Part shown: piece by piece, positions 1 through 10,068 of the stretch | How positions within the stretch are numbered: position 1 is the stretch's first letter | How the letters are laid out: the number at the start of each line of letters is the position of its first letter | Origin: an uncultured Gemmatimonadales bacterium | GTDB lineage: Bacteria > Gemmatimonadota > Gemmatimonadetes > Gemmatimonadales > GWC2-71-9 | Length of the DNA: 64,000 nt | NCBI GenBank assembly: GCA_963771275.1 | Contig: CAVYSW010000003.1 | Coordinates: forward strand, 1,248,001-1,312,000 | Reading direction: 5' to 3' | Made by a program: the position numbers and the translations under genes | Notes under the pieces: generated by a model | The model's database searches: none | Told to the model about the DNA's origin: nothing | Seen by the model: only the letters and a program-made list of their open reading frames with translations

Positions 1-173
1 AGACGGGCGAGATCACGCGGATCCACCACGACGCCGCGCTGGTGGGGGTGGGGGACACGCTGCGGTACGTGCTCGTCGTGATGGTGAAGGGGCTCGATTC
101 GCGGGACAGCTCGGCCGCGCTGATGGCCGACATCGCGCGGCTGGTGCACGCCGACGCGCGGTCGGGTCGCTGA
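1..173 (+). CDS. Serine hydrolase (class A beta-lactamase-like), 3' end only
   Basis: Manual translation from nt 3 gives (K)TGEITRIHHDAALV...RYVLVVMVKG...IARLVH...stop. The KTG...HDAA pattern is typical of this family's C-terminus. Confidence 0.65.
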   Translation, partial: TGEITRIHHDAALVGVGDTLRYVLVVMVKGLDSRDSSAALMADIARLVHADARSGR

Positions 174-222
174 GGCTCCCCAGCGGACGGAACCGGCCGG
201 GGGCTTCGAGGTCGTCTCCTCC

Positions 223-501
223 TCAGGTGCTCGGGGTCCAGATGGCCCGCGCGCGGATCAGCTCCGCGCGCCCGCCGAGGCTCAGCGGCTCCCGGCTCTT
301 GGAGTAGAACACGAGTCCCTTGTAGGCCGTCAGGTACTTGTACCGCGTGCCGAAGAAGGTGCTCTCGCTCACCACGACGAGCGGGTCGTCGAGCCTCATC
401 ACGAGACGCTGGAAGTCCTCGGGCTCGACCTGCACGATCGCTCCTGAGGCCTTGATCGCGTTCATGGCAGCCGCGGCGGCTGCGGCGTGTGCTGCGCTCA
501 T
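223..501 (-). CDS. Small hypothetical protein (92 aa)
   Basis: GGAG SD upstream, protein-like composition, directly downstream of the S9 peptidase. Confidence 0.7.
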   Translation of the reverse strand: MSAAHAAAAAAAMNAIKASGAIVQVEPEDFQRLVMRLDDPLVVVSESTFFGTRYKYLTAYKGLVFYSKSREPLSLGGRAELIRARAIWTPST

Positions 502-513
502 GTCTGCTCCTTC

Positions 514-2370
514 TCAGTCGTCGGCGGGCTCGGCGCGGCCACCCAGGTGCCGGGCCAGGAACTGCTCAGCCGCCGCATAGAACTTGATGCGATTCTCGGG
601 CTTGGCAAACCCGTGCCCTTCGTCGGGGAACAGCAGGTACTCGTGAGGGATGGCCTTGGCCGACAGGGCCGCGACGATCTGCTCGGACTCCGCCTGCTTG
701 ACGCGCGGGTCGTTGGCCCCCTGCGCGATGAGCAGCGGGATGCGGATGCGGTCGACGTGCGTGAGGGGGGAGCGAGACCGGAGGAATTCGGCGTCGGTCT
801 CGGGATTGCCGACCCGCTCGTGCATCATCGCGAGGAACGTGGACCAGTAGGGCGGGATCGTCTCGAGGAACGTGATCAGGTTGCTGGGCCCCACGATGTC
901 CACGGCGCAGCGGAACAGGTCCGGCGTGAACGTCGCCCCCGCGAGCGCGGCGTACCCGCCGTACGATCCGCCGTAGATCGCGACGCGCTCGGGGTCCGCC
1001 ACACCGCGCGCGACCGCCCACTGGACGGCGTCCACGAGATCGTCGTGCATCCTGGCGCCCCACTGCCGGTTTCCCGCGTTGAGGAACTCCTTCCCGTAAC
1101 CGGTGGAGCCGCGAAAGTTGATCTGCAGGCAGGCGTAGCCCCGGTTGGCGAGCCATTGCGCTTCGGGATCGTAGCCCCACACGTCGCGGTGCCACGGGCC
1201 GCCGTGCACCAGCAAAACGAGCGGCGGGTGCGGCAGATGCGATGCCGGCGGCAGGGTGAGATACCCCTCGACGCGGAGCCCGTCCCGGGCGGTGAAGGCA
1301 ATCGGCTCCATCGCGGCCAAACTGTAGCGCAGCAGCGCGGGCCGGGTGTGAAACAGGAAGCTGCCGGTGCGCGTGGCGCGGTCGTACAGGTAATAGCCGA
1401 CCGACTCGGTATCGCGCGTGAAGGCGACTACCCACTTGTCGTCGGCGTGGGTACGGCCGGCGATCTCGAAATCGCCCGCGCTCAGCGCGGCGATCGCGGC
1501 GAAATCGGCCGCGATCGACGGGTCGAGCACCGTCCACTCCTGGCGCGCGCGGGTGAAGGCGACGGCCTGCATCTCGTGAGTATCGGGATGGACGAGCACG
1601 CCACCCATGTCGAATCGCGGGTCCTGGGCGAGGACCCGGACGGCTCCGGTTTCCAGGTCCAGTCGCGCCAGGCGGGTCGCGTTGGCATCGCGCGAGTCGG
1701 AGAGGAACAGCGCGCGCCCGTCGCGCGTGAACCCCAGCGGCCCGCTCGACAGGGCGTCGGCCGGTCCCCAGGTGACGACGGTGCGCCAGTCATCGTCCGG
1801 CCCGGCGCGCACGCGAAGCAGCGCGCCCCCGTCGTCGGTCGTGGCCACGGCGGCGCGGACGGCGAGGTCGGCATCGGCGACCCAGCCTACGACGTCGCCG
1901 GGGTTCGGGGCAACCCGGTCGAGCGCGTCGGTGCGGAGATCGAGGTGATAGACGTCGTGCAACCGCTCGTCATCGCGATTCAGGCCGAGCAGGACCTCGT
2001 GCGGGTGCCGCTTGTCGTGGGCGATGATCTGGGCCTGCACGTTGTCGAACGGCGTGAGGTCGACGACGGTCCCCGCGTCGGGCTCCACCTTGTACAACCG
2101 CCAGTTCTCGTCGCCGCCCCGGTCCTGCAGATAGAGCAGGTGACGGTTGTCGTGCGCCCAGGCGTAGGACCGGATGCCGCGATCGGTATCGCGCGTGACG
2201 GGCCGGAAGTCGCTTCCACCCGCGGTGCCGACCCAGACGTTGAGCACCCCGTCCACCGGGGCGAGATACGCGAGGCGACGGCCGTCGGGCGAGAGCTCGG
2301 GGCTTGCCCGTTCCGGGTTGCCGAACAGGACGGCGCGCGGGATGAGCGGCGGCAGGTTGGGCTGCGTCAT
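514..2370 (-). CDS. S9 family peptidase (prolyl oligopeptidase / acylaminoacyl peptidase)
   Basis: VHGGP, GGSYGG nucleophile, QGANDPRV and DEGHGF motifs; N-terminal propeller. Start trimmed to [12 protein letters not shown] because the upstream extension is repeat-derived. Confidence 0.93.
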   Translation of the reverse strand: MTQPNLPPLIPRAVLFGNPERASPELSPDGRRLAYLAPVDGVLNVWVGTAGGSDFRPVTRDTDRGIRSYAWAHDNRHLLYLQDRGGDENWRLYKVEPDAGTVVDLTPFDNVQAQIIAHDKRHPHEVLLGLNRDDERLHDVYHLDLRTDALDRVAPNPGDVVGWVADADLAVRAAVATTDDGGALLRVRAGPDDDWRTVVTWGPADALSSGPLGFTRDGRALFLSDSRDANATRLARLDLETGAVRVLAQDPRFDMGGVLVHPDTHEMQAVAFTRARQEWTVLDPSIAADFAAIAALSAGDFEIAGRTHADDKWVVAFTRDTESVGYYLYDRATRTGSFLFHTRPALLRYSLAAMEPIAFTARDGLRVEGYLTLPPASHLPHPPLVLLVHGGPWHRDVWGYDPEAQWLANRGYACLQINFRGSTGYGKEFLNAGNRQWGARMHDDLVDAVQWAVARGVADPERVAIYGGSYGGYAALAGATFTPDLFRCAVDIVGPSNLITFLETIPPYWSTFLAMMHERVGNPETDAEFLRSRSPLTHVDRIRIPLLIAQGANDPRVKQAESEQIVAALSAKAIPHEYLLFPDEGHGFAKPENRIKFYAAAEQFLARHLGGRAEPADD

Positions 2371-2376
2371 CGAAGG

Positions 2377-2480
2377 AATGTCCAATGTCCAATGTCCAAT
2401 AGCCAACTCCCAAAGGTCACCCGCCACCCGCCAACCACCATCGGCTAACGGCCATCGGCTAACGGCCAACGGCTAACGGC
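2377..2480. repeat. Heptamer tandem arrays: (AATGTCC)3 and variants, then CATCGGC/TAACGGC units
   Basis: 7-nt periodicity visible across the whole intergenic spacer. Confidence 0.9.
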
Positions 2481-2844
2481 GAACCCGCCTCCACCGGGCA
2501 ATGACCACGCCGTAGGCGATCAGGTTCACCACGACTACGCCCGTTCCCAGCACGATCTGCACGGTCGGGGTGAGCCCGGCGGGGTAGACCACGGGGATGA
2601 CGTAGTGCTCCACGAAGCCGCTGGTGTAGCCGGCATCACCCGCTCGCTGGCGTAGCGCGTTCTCGAGCGGCGTGAGCGGGCAGATCCAGCCCGCGAACTC
2701 GATCAGCGCTCCCCAGGCAGCCGCCGGCACGTGCGCCCACGCCAGCCTCCGCCAACGCCAGACCAGGAGCCCGCCTCCGATGACGAACGCGATGAACAGC
2801 ACGTGTACGGCGACCACCAGGTCCGCCGCGAGGCGGTAGGGCAT
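2473..2844 (-). CDS. DUF2784 family membrane protein
   Basis: ADLVVAVH...WICPLTPLEN..R...GY..GFVEHY signature. Confidence 0.85.
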   Translation of the reverse strand: MPYRLAADLVVAVHVLFIAFVIGGGLLVWRWRRLAWAHVPAAAWGALIEFAGWICPLTPLENALRQRAGDAGYTSGFVEHYVIPVVYPAGLTPTVQIVLGTGVVVVNLIAYGVVIARWRRVRR

Positions 2845-3674
2845 CAGGCGCCCGCCAGGGTGAGCGTCGCGCGCAGACCGAAGTGATCGGAGACCGGGGG
2901 CTGGTGGAGGCACAGCACGGGCGGCTCCGGTCCCGCCGCGATACCGGGTCCGCGGAAGAAGACCTGGGTGAGGCGGCGGTCGGGTCGGTGCCACGGGAGG
3001 TAGCGGGCGTAGCGGTTGGTCGACGGCGCCATGGTGTGCAGTCCGGTACTGCGCCCACCCGCGACCTCCGCGAAGCCGTGCTCGGCGAGCAGCTCAAACC
3101 CGCTCGGCCCGCGGTCGGGTCGCTCCAGCTCGACCGCCATGTTGAAGTCGCCCGCGAGAATCGTGGGAAGGCCCGGCTCGAGCGGGCCGCGCTGCAGGAC
3201 CTGGCGTACCTGGACGGCCCGCACCCGCGCGTCGATGGGACGGGTTCCCGCGTAGAGATGGACGTTGCCCACGAGCAGCGAGCCGGCGGGCGTCGCGAGG
3301 TGCGTCCAGAGGACACCCTTGTGGCCGATCCGCTCGTCGAGCTTCATGCCGCTGAAATGACGCGAGGGCTGAAATGCCGTGCGCGCGATCGGCCAGCGGG
3401 AGAGCGTGAGCAGACCGCCCGAGCCGTCGAAGCGGAGCAGCCACCGGCGCCGCTGCTCGCGCGCCAGCGCGTCGGCATGATACTCGGGAAGCGTGGCGAG
3501 GAGCGTGCGGCGGAAGCCCGGGAGGAACGCCTCCTGGAGCAGCAGAAGATCGGTGCGCTGACGCGGGAGGCGCGCCCGGAGACGCTCGCGGCGCAGGGCG
3601 CGATCCAGGCCGGGGAACGGGACCGGCAGATCCCAGATGTTGATGCTGACCAGCTGGACGACGACTCCCGTCAT
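2844..3674 (-). CDS. Endonuclease/exonuclease/phosphatase (EEP, sphingomyelinase-like) protein
   Basis: SINIW, LQEAF, NVHL, AGDFN and SDHFG motifs; start overlaps the stop of the upstream symporter. Confidence 0.85.
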   Translation of the reverse strand: MTGVVVQLVSINIWDLPVPFPGLDRALRRERLRARLPRQRTDLLLLQEAFLPGFRRTLLATLPEYHADALAREQRRRWLLRFDGSGGLLTLSRWPIARTAFQPSRHFSGMKLDERIGHKGVLWTHLATPAGSLLVGNVHLYAGTRPIDARVRAVQVRQVLQRGPLEPGLPTILAGDFNMAVELERPDRGPSGFELLAEHGFAEVAGGRSTGLHTMAPSTNRYARYLPWHRPDRRLTQVFFRGPGIAAGPEPPVLCLHQPPVSDHFGLRATLTLAGA

Positions 3675-4894
3675 CCGCGCGGCGCGTTCCGCTCGGCGGC
3701 GCCACGCAGCGCCGCACACATCGCCACGTCGCCGGTCACGCTCGCCGCCGTCCGGAACATGTCGGGGATGCGGTCGATGCCCAGCAGGATGCCCAAGCCG
3801 TCGAGCGGCACCCCCATCGCGACGAGGGCGGGCGGCAGCGTCATGATGCTGGCGCTCGGTACGGCGGCGATGGTGGACGCCGTGAGGAACAGGGCAAGCA
3901 CGGCTCCCGCCAGCGCCGCCGGTGGGATGGCACCGCCGTACAGGTGCGCGAGAAACACCACGGCGGCTCCCTGGAACAGCGAGCTGCCCGCGCGGTTGAG
4001 CGTCACGGCGAGCGGCAGGACGAAGCCGGTCACGGCACGCGGCAGGTGGAGCGTCGCTTCGGTCGTCTCGAACAGCGCGGGCAGGGACGCGATCGAGCTG
4101 GTGGTCGAAAAGCCGATCGTGGCGGGCGGGAGGCTCGCGACGAGGAAACGGCCCGGTGCCAGACCGCCCCAGAATCGGGCGGCGGGGACGTAGACCAGGG
4201 CGATGAAGATCGCGAGGCCGATGAGCACGGCGCCGACGAACACGCCGAGGCTGCGCAATAGTCCGAGCCCGGTGTCGGCCGCCACCGGGGCGGCGAGGGC
4301 GAACACGCCGAGCGGGGCCGTCCAGAGGATCCAATGGACCAGCTTGACGAGGGCGCCGGTCGTCGCGTCGGCGAGGTCGAGGAGACGGCGTTTCTGCTCG
4401 ACCGGGAGGGTGGCGGCGGCGGCGCCGAACAGGACGGTGCAGACGATGAGCGGGAGCAGCGCGCCCTCGGCCGCGGCCTGAAACGCGTTGGCCGGGACCA
4501 GACCCACGAGGAAGTCCACGACACTCGGCACCCGTGGGGGCTGGACGGCGGCGGCCGTCACGGCCAGCGCGCCGCTGCCGGCCAGCGGCAGTGCCGCCGC
4601 CATCACACCCATGCCGATGAGGATGGCGATGAGGGTGGTGGCCCAGATGAATCCCAGGGTGCGGGCGCCGAGCCGGCCGAGCTGGCGCAGGTCGCCGAGC
4701 CCGGCGATGCCGGTGAACAGCGTGGTGGCGACGAGCGGCAGGACCACCATCTTCACCAGATTGAGAAAAACGGTGCCGAGCGGCGCCACCGCGCGGGCCA
4801 CGTCGAGCAGCAGCGGTGTACCGGTGGCAGCGGCCCACAGGCCCAGCCCGAGGCCGAGCACGAGCCCGACCACGATGGCGAGGTTCCTAGTCAT
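3671..4894 (-). CDS. Dicarboxylate/amino acid:cation symporter (DAACS)
   Basis: Multiple TM helices; FSTTSSIASLP and GIDRIPDMFRTA motifs. Confidence 0.9.
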   Translation of the reverse strand: MTRNLAIVVGLVLGLGLGLWAAATGTPLLLDVARAVAPLGTVFLNLVKMVVLPLVATTLFTGIAGLGDLRQLGRLGARTLGFIWATTLIAILIGMGVMAAALPLAGSGALAVTAAAVQPPRVPSVVDFLVGLVPANAFQAAAEGALLPLIVCTVLFGAAAATLPVEQKRRLLDLADATTGALVKLVHWILWTAPLGVFALAAPVAADTGLGLLRSLGVFVGAVLIGLAIFIALVYVPAARFWGGLAPGRFLVASLPPATIGFSTTSSIASLPALFETTEATLHLPRAVTGFVLPLAVTLNRAGSSLFQGAAVVFLAHLYGGAIPPAALAGAVLALFLTASTIAAVPSASIMTLPPALVAMGVPLDGLGILLGIDRIPDMFRTAASVTGDVAMCAALRGAAERNAPRG

Positions 4895-4930
4895 CGGCTA
4901 CTTTCCGCGTTTCCGTCACGGGAGGTTCCG

Positions 4931-5728
4931 GTGGCTCACGCGCAAACCACAACGCCCCGCTGGGCGCTCGTCCTGGGGGCCTCAAGCGGGTTCGGCGAAG
5001 CGTGCGTCCGGGCGCTCGCCGCCGCTGGGTACGACATAGCGGGGGTGCATCTCGACCGCAAGGCCGGGCTCGAGCACGTCGGCGAGCTGAAAGCCGACAT
5101 TGCGCGGCTGGGGCGTCGGGTCCTGTTCTTCAACATCAACGCGGCCGACGAGGGGAAGCGGCGCGAGGTGATGGACGCGTTGGCGCGGGAGCTCCAGGCG
5201 AGCGGTGGGGGGGTGGCGGTGCTGATGCACTCGCTCGCGTTTGGGACGCTGAAGCCCTACATCGGCGAGGACGTGTTGAACAAGGCGAACATCGAGATGA
5301 CGCTCGACGTGATGGCGCACTCGCTGGTGTACTGGGTGCAGGACGTGATCCGCGGCGGCCTGATGGGGCGGGGGGGACGGGTGTTCGCGATGACGTCGTC
5401 GGGATCGAATCGTGTGATCCCATCGTACGGCGCCGTGTCGGCGGCCAAGTCCGCGCTCGAGTCGCACGTGCGGCAGCTGGCGGTCGAGCTGGCCGCGCAC
5501 GGCATCACGGTGAACGCCGTGCGCGGCGGCGTGACCGATACGCCGGCGGCACGGCGGATACCGGGGAGCGATCGGCTGTTCGAGGAGGCGAAGCGACGCA
5601 ATCCCCATCGGCGGCTCACCACGCCGGAGGACGTCGCGCAGGCAGTGGTGGCCTTGAGCACGCCGGGCGCCGACTGGATCACCGGCAACGTCATCAACGT
5701 GGACGGCGGGGAGGAAGTCTCGGGCTGA
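4931..5728 (+). CDS. SDR oxidoreductase, enoyl-ACP reductase (FabL/FabI-like)
   Basis: GASSGFG, HSLAFG, YGAVSAAK (Y-x6-K) and ITGNVINVDGG; GTG start after GGAGG. Confidence 0.85.
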   Translation: MAHAQTTTPRWALVLGASSGFGEACVRALAAAGYDIAGVHLDRKAGLEHVGELKADIARLGRRVLFFNINAADEGKRREVMDALARELQASGGGVAVLMHSLAFGTLKPYIGEDVLNKANIEMTLDVMAHSLVYWVQDVIRGGLMGRGGRVFAMTSSGSNRVIPSYGAVSAAKSALESHVRQLAVELAAHGITVNAVRGGVTDTPAARRIPGSDRLFEEAKRRNPHRRLTTPEDVAQAVVALSTPGADWITGNVINVDGGEEVSG

Positions 5729-5742
5729 GCCTGCGACGGGCG

Positions 5743-6303
5743 CTACGGCGTTTCCTTCCGCAGGCGGGCCAGCTCGGTCTCGACCTGACCGAGCCGCTGC
5801 GTGATCGCTTCCTCGATCGGCCCGCTCACGCTCACCGGGACGCCCCGCTGATTGAACAGCGTCTCGACGAGGGCGTCGGTGTAGCCCACCACGACGTGGG
5901 CAATGCCCGTGTCGAGCACCCGGTTGAGCCGGAGCACGGTGGCCATCGAGGCGCGGGCGGGCAGGGCGGCGATCACTTCCGACAGATGGCGGATCAGCAG
6001 CTCCCGCAGGTGCTGCATCTCCTCCACCACCTCGCCGGCGGCGAGCCCGCGATCGGCCGCGGTCTTGCCGAATCCCTCGCACGCGACGAGCCAGAGCTCG
6101 ACGGCGCGGCGGCGGAGTGGTCCCGACATCTCGATGAGGATGTCGACCAGCAGGGCGATCTGTCGCTCGATGACGCCCGCGGTCACACTCGGGGCGGCGG
6201 CGACCCGGTCGAGCGTCCACCGCGTCCAATCGCGGATCAACTCGTCGCGGGCGGTGCCGAGCGCACGGCTCACCGCGACGAGCGTGGGGTGGGGTGGACG
6301 CAT
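5743..6303 (-). CDS. Helical hypothetical protein (RsbRD N-terminal/globin-like sensor fold suspected)
   Basis: All-helical pattern, FGKTAADRGL..GEVVEE..HLRE; family call tentative. Confidence 0.55.
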   Translation of the reverse strand: MRPPHPTLVAVSRALGTARDELIRDWTRWTLDRVAAAPSVTAGVIERQIALLVDILIEMSGPLRRRAVELWLVACEGFGKTAADRGLAAGEVVEEMQHLRELLIRHLSEVIAALPARASMATVLRLNRVLDTGIAHVVVGYTDALVETLFNQRGVPVSVSGPIEEAITQRLGQVETELARLRKETP

Positions 6304-6385
6304 CACGAGTCCGATACTGGCCTCCTTGGCCAAAGGGGGGCGCCGGGAATCTAGTGAGGTCAGGTGAGGGAGGTCAAAGCCCGCC

Positions 6386-7234
6386 ATGGCGACACCGGTG
6401 CTGACACGATTCGAGCTGCGCGGCGCGGACGGGGAAGCGCTGCGCGGAGACGTCCGCTCCGCGGGGCGGGAGGGCGTTCGTCCGGCTGTCGTGATCTGTC
6501 ACGGGTTCAAGGGGTTCAAGGACTGGGGGTTCTTCCCGCACCTGGCGGACCGGCTGGCGCGGGGCGGGGTCACAGCGGTGTCGTTCAACTTCTCCGGCAG
6601 CGGCGTGGGCCCCGACGGCGAGACGTTCAGCGAGCCGGAGCGGTTCGGGCACGCGACCCTGGGCAAGGACCTGCGGGACCTCGACGCGGTGCTGGCGACG
6701 CTGCGTGGCGGATCCCTCGTGCCCGGGCTGGTCGCTCCGTCGGGGGTGGGGCTGTTCGGCCACAGCCGCGGCGGCGGGATCGCCGTGCTGCGCACGGCGC
6801 GGGACTCCGGGGTCCGGGCTCTGGTCACGTGGTCGGCGATCGGGAGCGTTCTGCGGTGGGGGCCGGAGACGGTCGCCAAGTGGCGCCGCGAGGGCCGCAT
6901 GACCGTCACGAACATGCGTACGGGCGACGTGCTGCCGCTCTACACCGACGCGCTCGACGAACTGGAGGCCGACACCCTGGGCCTGCTGGACATTGGCGCG
7001 GCGGCGGCCGCGATTCGGGCACCATGGCTCATCGTGCACGGTGAGTCGGACGAGTCGGTGGCGGCGAGGGAAGCCCGCCTGCTCCAGCAGCAGAGCGCGG
7101 GGCGCGGCGAGCTGCTCCTGATACCGCATGGGTCGCATACGTTTGGGACTCGGCACCCATGGGCGGGGACGACGCGCGAGCTGGAGCAGGCGATGGACGC
7201 CACGGTGGGCTGGTTCCTGCGCGCGCTGTTCTGA
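6386..7234 (+). CDS. Alpha/beta hydrolase
   Basis: CHGFKGFKDWG, GHSRGG nucleophile, VHGESDESV and HTF motifs. Confidence 0.88.
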   Translation: MATPVLTRFELRGADGEALRGDVRSAGREGVRPAVVICHGFKGFKDWGFFPHLADRLARGGVTAVSFNFSGSGVGPDGETFSEPERFGHATLGKDLRDLDAVLATLRGGSLVPGLVAPSGVGLFGHSRGGGIAVLRTARDSGVRALVTWSAIGSVLRWGPETVAKWRREGRMTVTNMRTGDVLPLYTDALDELEADTLGLLDIGAAAAAIRAPWLIVHGESDESVAAREARLLQQQSAGRGELLLIPHGSHTFGTRHPWAGTTRELEQAMDATVGWFLRALF

Positions 7235-7389
7235 CATGCGCGGCCGCCGGTGCGTGCGTCGAGCGGGATGGGATGAGGACGGCGCGAGAGGCGAACGATG
7301 CTTGCAGGTTGCGGACAACCGCGCGATGTGCGCGACCGGAACAGACCGCCCGTTCGACCGGCGACTGCCAGTCGTGTGCGGGGACTACG

Positions 7390-7423
7390 AAGCGAAACGG
7401 GCGACCGTTGCTGGGTCGCCCGT
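7390..7423 (-). terminator. Intrinsic terminator-like hairpin
   Basis: 10-bp stem ACGGGCGACC/GGTCGCCCGT followed on the minus strand by TTCGCTT. Confidence 0.7.
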
Positions 7424-7429
7424 CAGGCG

Positions 7430-7573
7430 TCACAGGCCCGCGGCGTAGAGATCTCCCACGTCGCGGTACCGGCTTCTCGCTCCTACAGGGACCCTGCGAC
7501 GACGGAGGCCCAGCAGGTAGCCCGCCGCGGCAAGCGCGGCCAATGCAACGAGTCCGACACCAAGATTCCGAAT
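7430..7573 (-). CDS. Putative 47-aa single-TM small protein with ATT start (not in ORF track)
   Basis: AGGAGG-5 nt-ATT, then RNLGVGLVALAALAAAGYLLGLRRRRVPVGARSRYRDVGDLYAAGL-stop, then the terminator. Confidence 0.6.
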   Translation of the reverse strand: MRNLGVGLVALAALAAAGYLLGLRRRRVPVGARSRYRDVGDLYAAGL

Positions 7574-7642
7574 AGCGACCTCCTGTGCGAGTGGGCGTGA
7601 ACACCACTACCAAGATAACCACATTGGCAAGTCCTGTGCCCG

Positions 7643-8230
7643 GTGCCGAAGCGCGTGCCAGCTGACGACTTCCGCCGCCTCAGCGAGCTGCTTGCCGGTC
7701 ACCGGCCGCGCCAGGTCAGCGCCACGCCGGACCAGCGCGAAGCCGCGGTCGCCGCCGTGCTCACGCCCAACCCCGCCGGCGCCCCGGACTTGCTGCTGAT
7801 CAAGCGCGCCGAGCATCCCGGCGACCCGTGGTCGGGCCAAATCGCGCTGCCGGGCGGACGCCGGGACCCCGGGGATGCCAACCTGTTGGCCACGGCCGTC
7901 CGCGAAACCGATGAAGAAACCGGCATCGCGCTACCGCCCGCCTCCTGTCTGGGACAGCTCGACGACCTCAGTCCGGTGTCGCGGCACCTGCCGCAGCTCG
8001 TCGTGCGCCCCTATGTGTTCTACCTGCCGATCAAGCCGAAGGTCATTCCGAGTGACGAAGTCGCACTTCACCTGTGGGTGGGCTGCGACGTGCTTCTCGC
8101 GCACCGGAGTGAGGAGTCACTGGTCATTCGCGGCGAGACCTGGCGGGTGACGGGATACCGGGTCGGCCCCCACTTCATCTGGGGGATGACCGAGCGTATC
8201 CTCTCACCGTTTCTGGAGTTGGCGTTCTGA
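7643..8230 (+). CDS. CoA pyrophosphatase (Nudix, NudL/PCD1-like)
   Basis: KRAEHPGDPWSGQIALPGG..D...ATAVRETDEETG Nudix box; IWGMT. Confidence 0.9.
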   Translation: MPKRVPADDFRRLSELLAGHRPRQVSATPDQREAAVAAVLTPNPAGAPDLLLIKRAEHPGDPWSGQIALPGGRRDPGDANLLATAVRETDEETGIALPPASCLGQLDDLSPVSRHLPQLVVRPYVFYLPIKPKVIPSDEVALHLWVGCDVLLAHRSEESLVIRGETWRVTGYRVGPHFIWGMTERILSPFLELAF

Positions 8231-10048
8231 GAGACGGACCGGAGCGATGCGCACCTCCGAACGCTCCGCGAACCGCTTGCCCGCCGCGAGATAGAGGGCC
8301 AGGAGCACGACGGTGGCGGCGGACACCGCGAGCTTGAGCGCTGGCGGCGCGTCGCTCGCCGACAGCAGTCCTTCGATCGTCCCCGCGAGCAGCAGGAGAC
8401 AGGTTGCCGCGCCGACGAGCCGCATCGCCTCGCGACCGGCAATGACCAGAGCGTCGCCGCGGGCCAGGTCGCCGGGGGCGATGAGCGCGCGGGCCACCAG
8501 GAGTCCGGCGGCGCCTGCGATGAAGATCGCCGTCAATTCGAGCACGCCGTGCCCCGCGACGAACGTCAGCAGCCAGCCCGCCACGCCGACATTGGCGAAG
8601 TGTCCCACCACGGCTCCGAAGAACAACCCGTTGAACACGAGGAGCAGTACGGTGCCGATGCCCGCAGTGATCCCGAACGCGAACACTCCGAAGGCCACCT
8701 GCACGTTGTTGGTGATGACACTCGAGGCCACCAGCGGCAGGTACGGCGACGGCGTCTCGGCATAGCCGACGCCTTCGGCCTGGCGCGCGGCACCGGCAAC
8801 CGCGCGGGCGAGCACCGTCTCGGGCAGGACCTCCAGCGCCACCGCGGGCCGCTCGCGCAGCAGTCCGAATCCGATCGCGGCGGGGATCAGGAACAGCAGG
8901 GCCGCGGTGACGACGGCGCGCCGTTGCCGGACGACCGCCGCCGGCAGCACCCCCAGAAACAACCGCCGTGCCGGCAGGCGCCGCACGCGGTGCATGCCGT
9001 ACAGGGCGTTGTGGCCGGTCGTCACGATGCGCTCGAGGTGGGCGACCGTGCGCTGGTCGACCCCGTAGGTGCTCGCGCGCGCGAGATCCGCGGCCACGGC
9101 GCGGTACTCCCCGGCGAACGCCAGGACTTCGTCGCCCGCGAGATGCGCGACGCCGGCCCGCTCCAATTCGACGGCGCGGGTGCGGAACGCCTCCCACGCG
9201 GCCTGGCGCAGCGCCACGAACCGGTCGGCGACGCGCAGGCGGCGTCTGCCGGTGGCGTCGCGCCGGCCCGCGCCCGGCGCCTGGCGCGCCGTGCGCTCGG
9301 CGGCATACACCTCGGAGAGGAAACGCGGGTGGTTGGCGGGCCACTCGCCAAAGCGCTGAGCGAACCGGCTGGCGAGATCGTTCTGATAGCGGCGCCGCAC
9401 GTCGGTCGGCAGCTGGGCGGCGCGCCGCAGGAACTGGTCGAGCAGGCGATACTCCTCGTCCTCCAGCCGGGCCTCGGGCGCGACGACCGTGGGTTCGGTG
9501 ATACCGGCGTCGATCGGAACACCGATGGGCGAGAGGGCCGACGCCTCGTCCCGCACGACGATCGTGCCCGCCACGATGTCGCCGAGCCGCTTGCCCTTGG
9601 GGTGGAGCGCGACGAACAGCAGCCCGACGAGGCCGGACACACCGGGCTGGAGGTCCACGATGCGGACCAAGTTGCGAACGAGGGCGGCCTGCAGGGTGAT
9701 GGGGTGGCCGGTTTCGAGGATGACGCGGATGCCGGTGCTCCGCTTGCCCGGTGTCCGCCCGCCCCACAGTCCCTCGAACAGCGCGAAATAGCCCCAACCC
9801 ACGACGAACGCGGCGAGCGTGAAAGCCGCGGCGCTCCAGCCGCTCAGCAGCGACAGGAACCGGCCGCCGATCGCCATGAGCACGAGCAATCCGGCGAGCA
9901 GGAGGAGGTCGTAGACGGCGGCCAGGGCCCGCGAGCCGACGCCGGCGATCTCGAACCCAATCGTGACCTGCTCCGGGGTCTCGACTTCGACGCGGCGGGC
10001 GAGGCGCGCTGGCTGCGGCTGGGGCTCGGGGTTCATATTGGGGTCCAT
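8204..10048 (-). CDS. RDD domain-SpoIIM (DUF95) fusion membrane protein
   Basis: N-terminal VETPEQV..AGVGSR..GRTPGKR..KRLGDIVAGT (RDD); C-terminal ITNNVQVAF..HGVLELTAI..AGTIEG (SpoIIM). Start may be 10036. Confidence 0.85.
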   Translation of the reverse strand: MDPNMNPEPQPQPARLARRVEVETPEQVTIGFEIAGVGSRALAAVYDLLLLAGLLVLMAIGGRFLSLLSGWSAAAFTLAAFVVGWGYFALFEGLWGGRTPGKRSTGIRVILETGHPITLQAALVRNLVRIVDLQPGVSGLVGLLFVALHPKGKRLGDIVAGTIVVRDEASALSPIGVPIDAGITEPTVVAPEARLEDEEYRLLDQFLRRAAQLPTDVRRRYQNDLASRFAQRFGEWPANHPRFLSEVYAAERTARQAPGAGRRDATGRRRLRVADRFVALRQAAWEAFRTRAVELERAGVAHLAGDEVLAFAGEYRAVAADLARASTYGVDQRTVAHLERIVTTGHNALYGMHRVRRLPARRLFLGVLPAAVVRQRRAVVTAALLFLIPAAIGFGLLRERPAVALEVLPETVLARAVAGAARQAEGVGYAETPSPYLPLVASSVITNNVQVAFGVFAFGITAGIGTVLLLVFNGLFFGAVVGHFANVGVAGWLLTFVAGHGVLELTAIFIAGAAGLLVARALIAPGDLARGDALVIAGREAMRLVGAATCLLLLAGTIEGLLSASDAPPALKLAVSAATVVLLALYLAAGKRFAERSEVRIAPVRLSERQLQKR

Positions 10049-10068
10049 CTTACAACTCGGGGGGGCGC

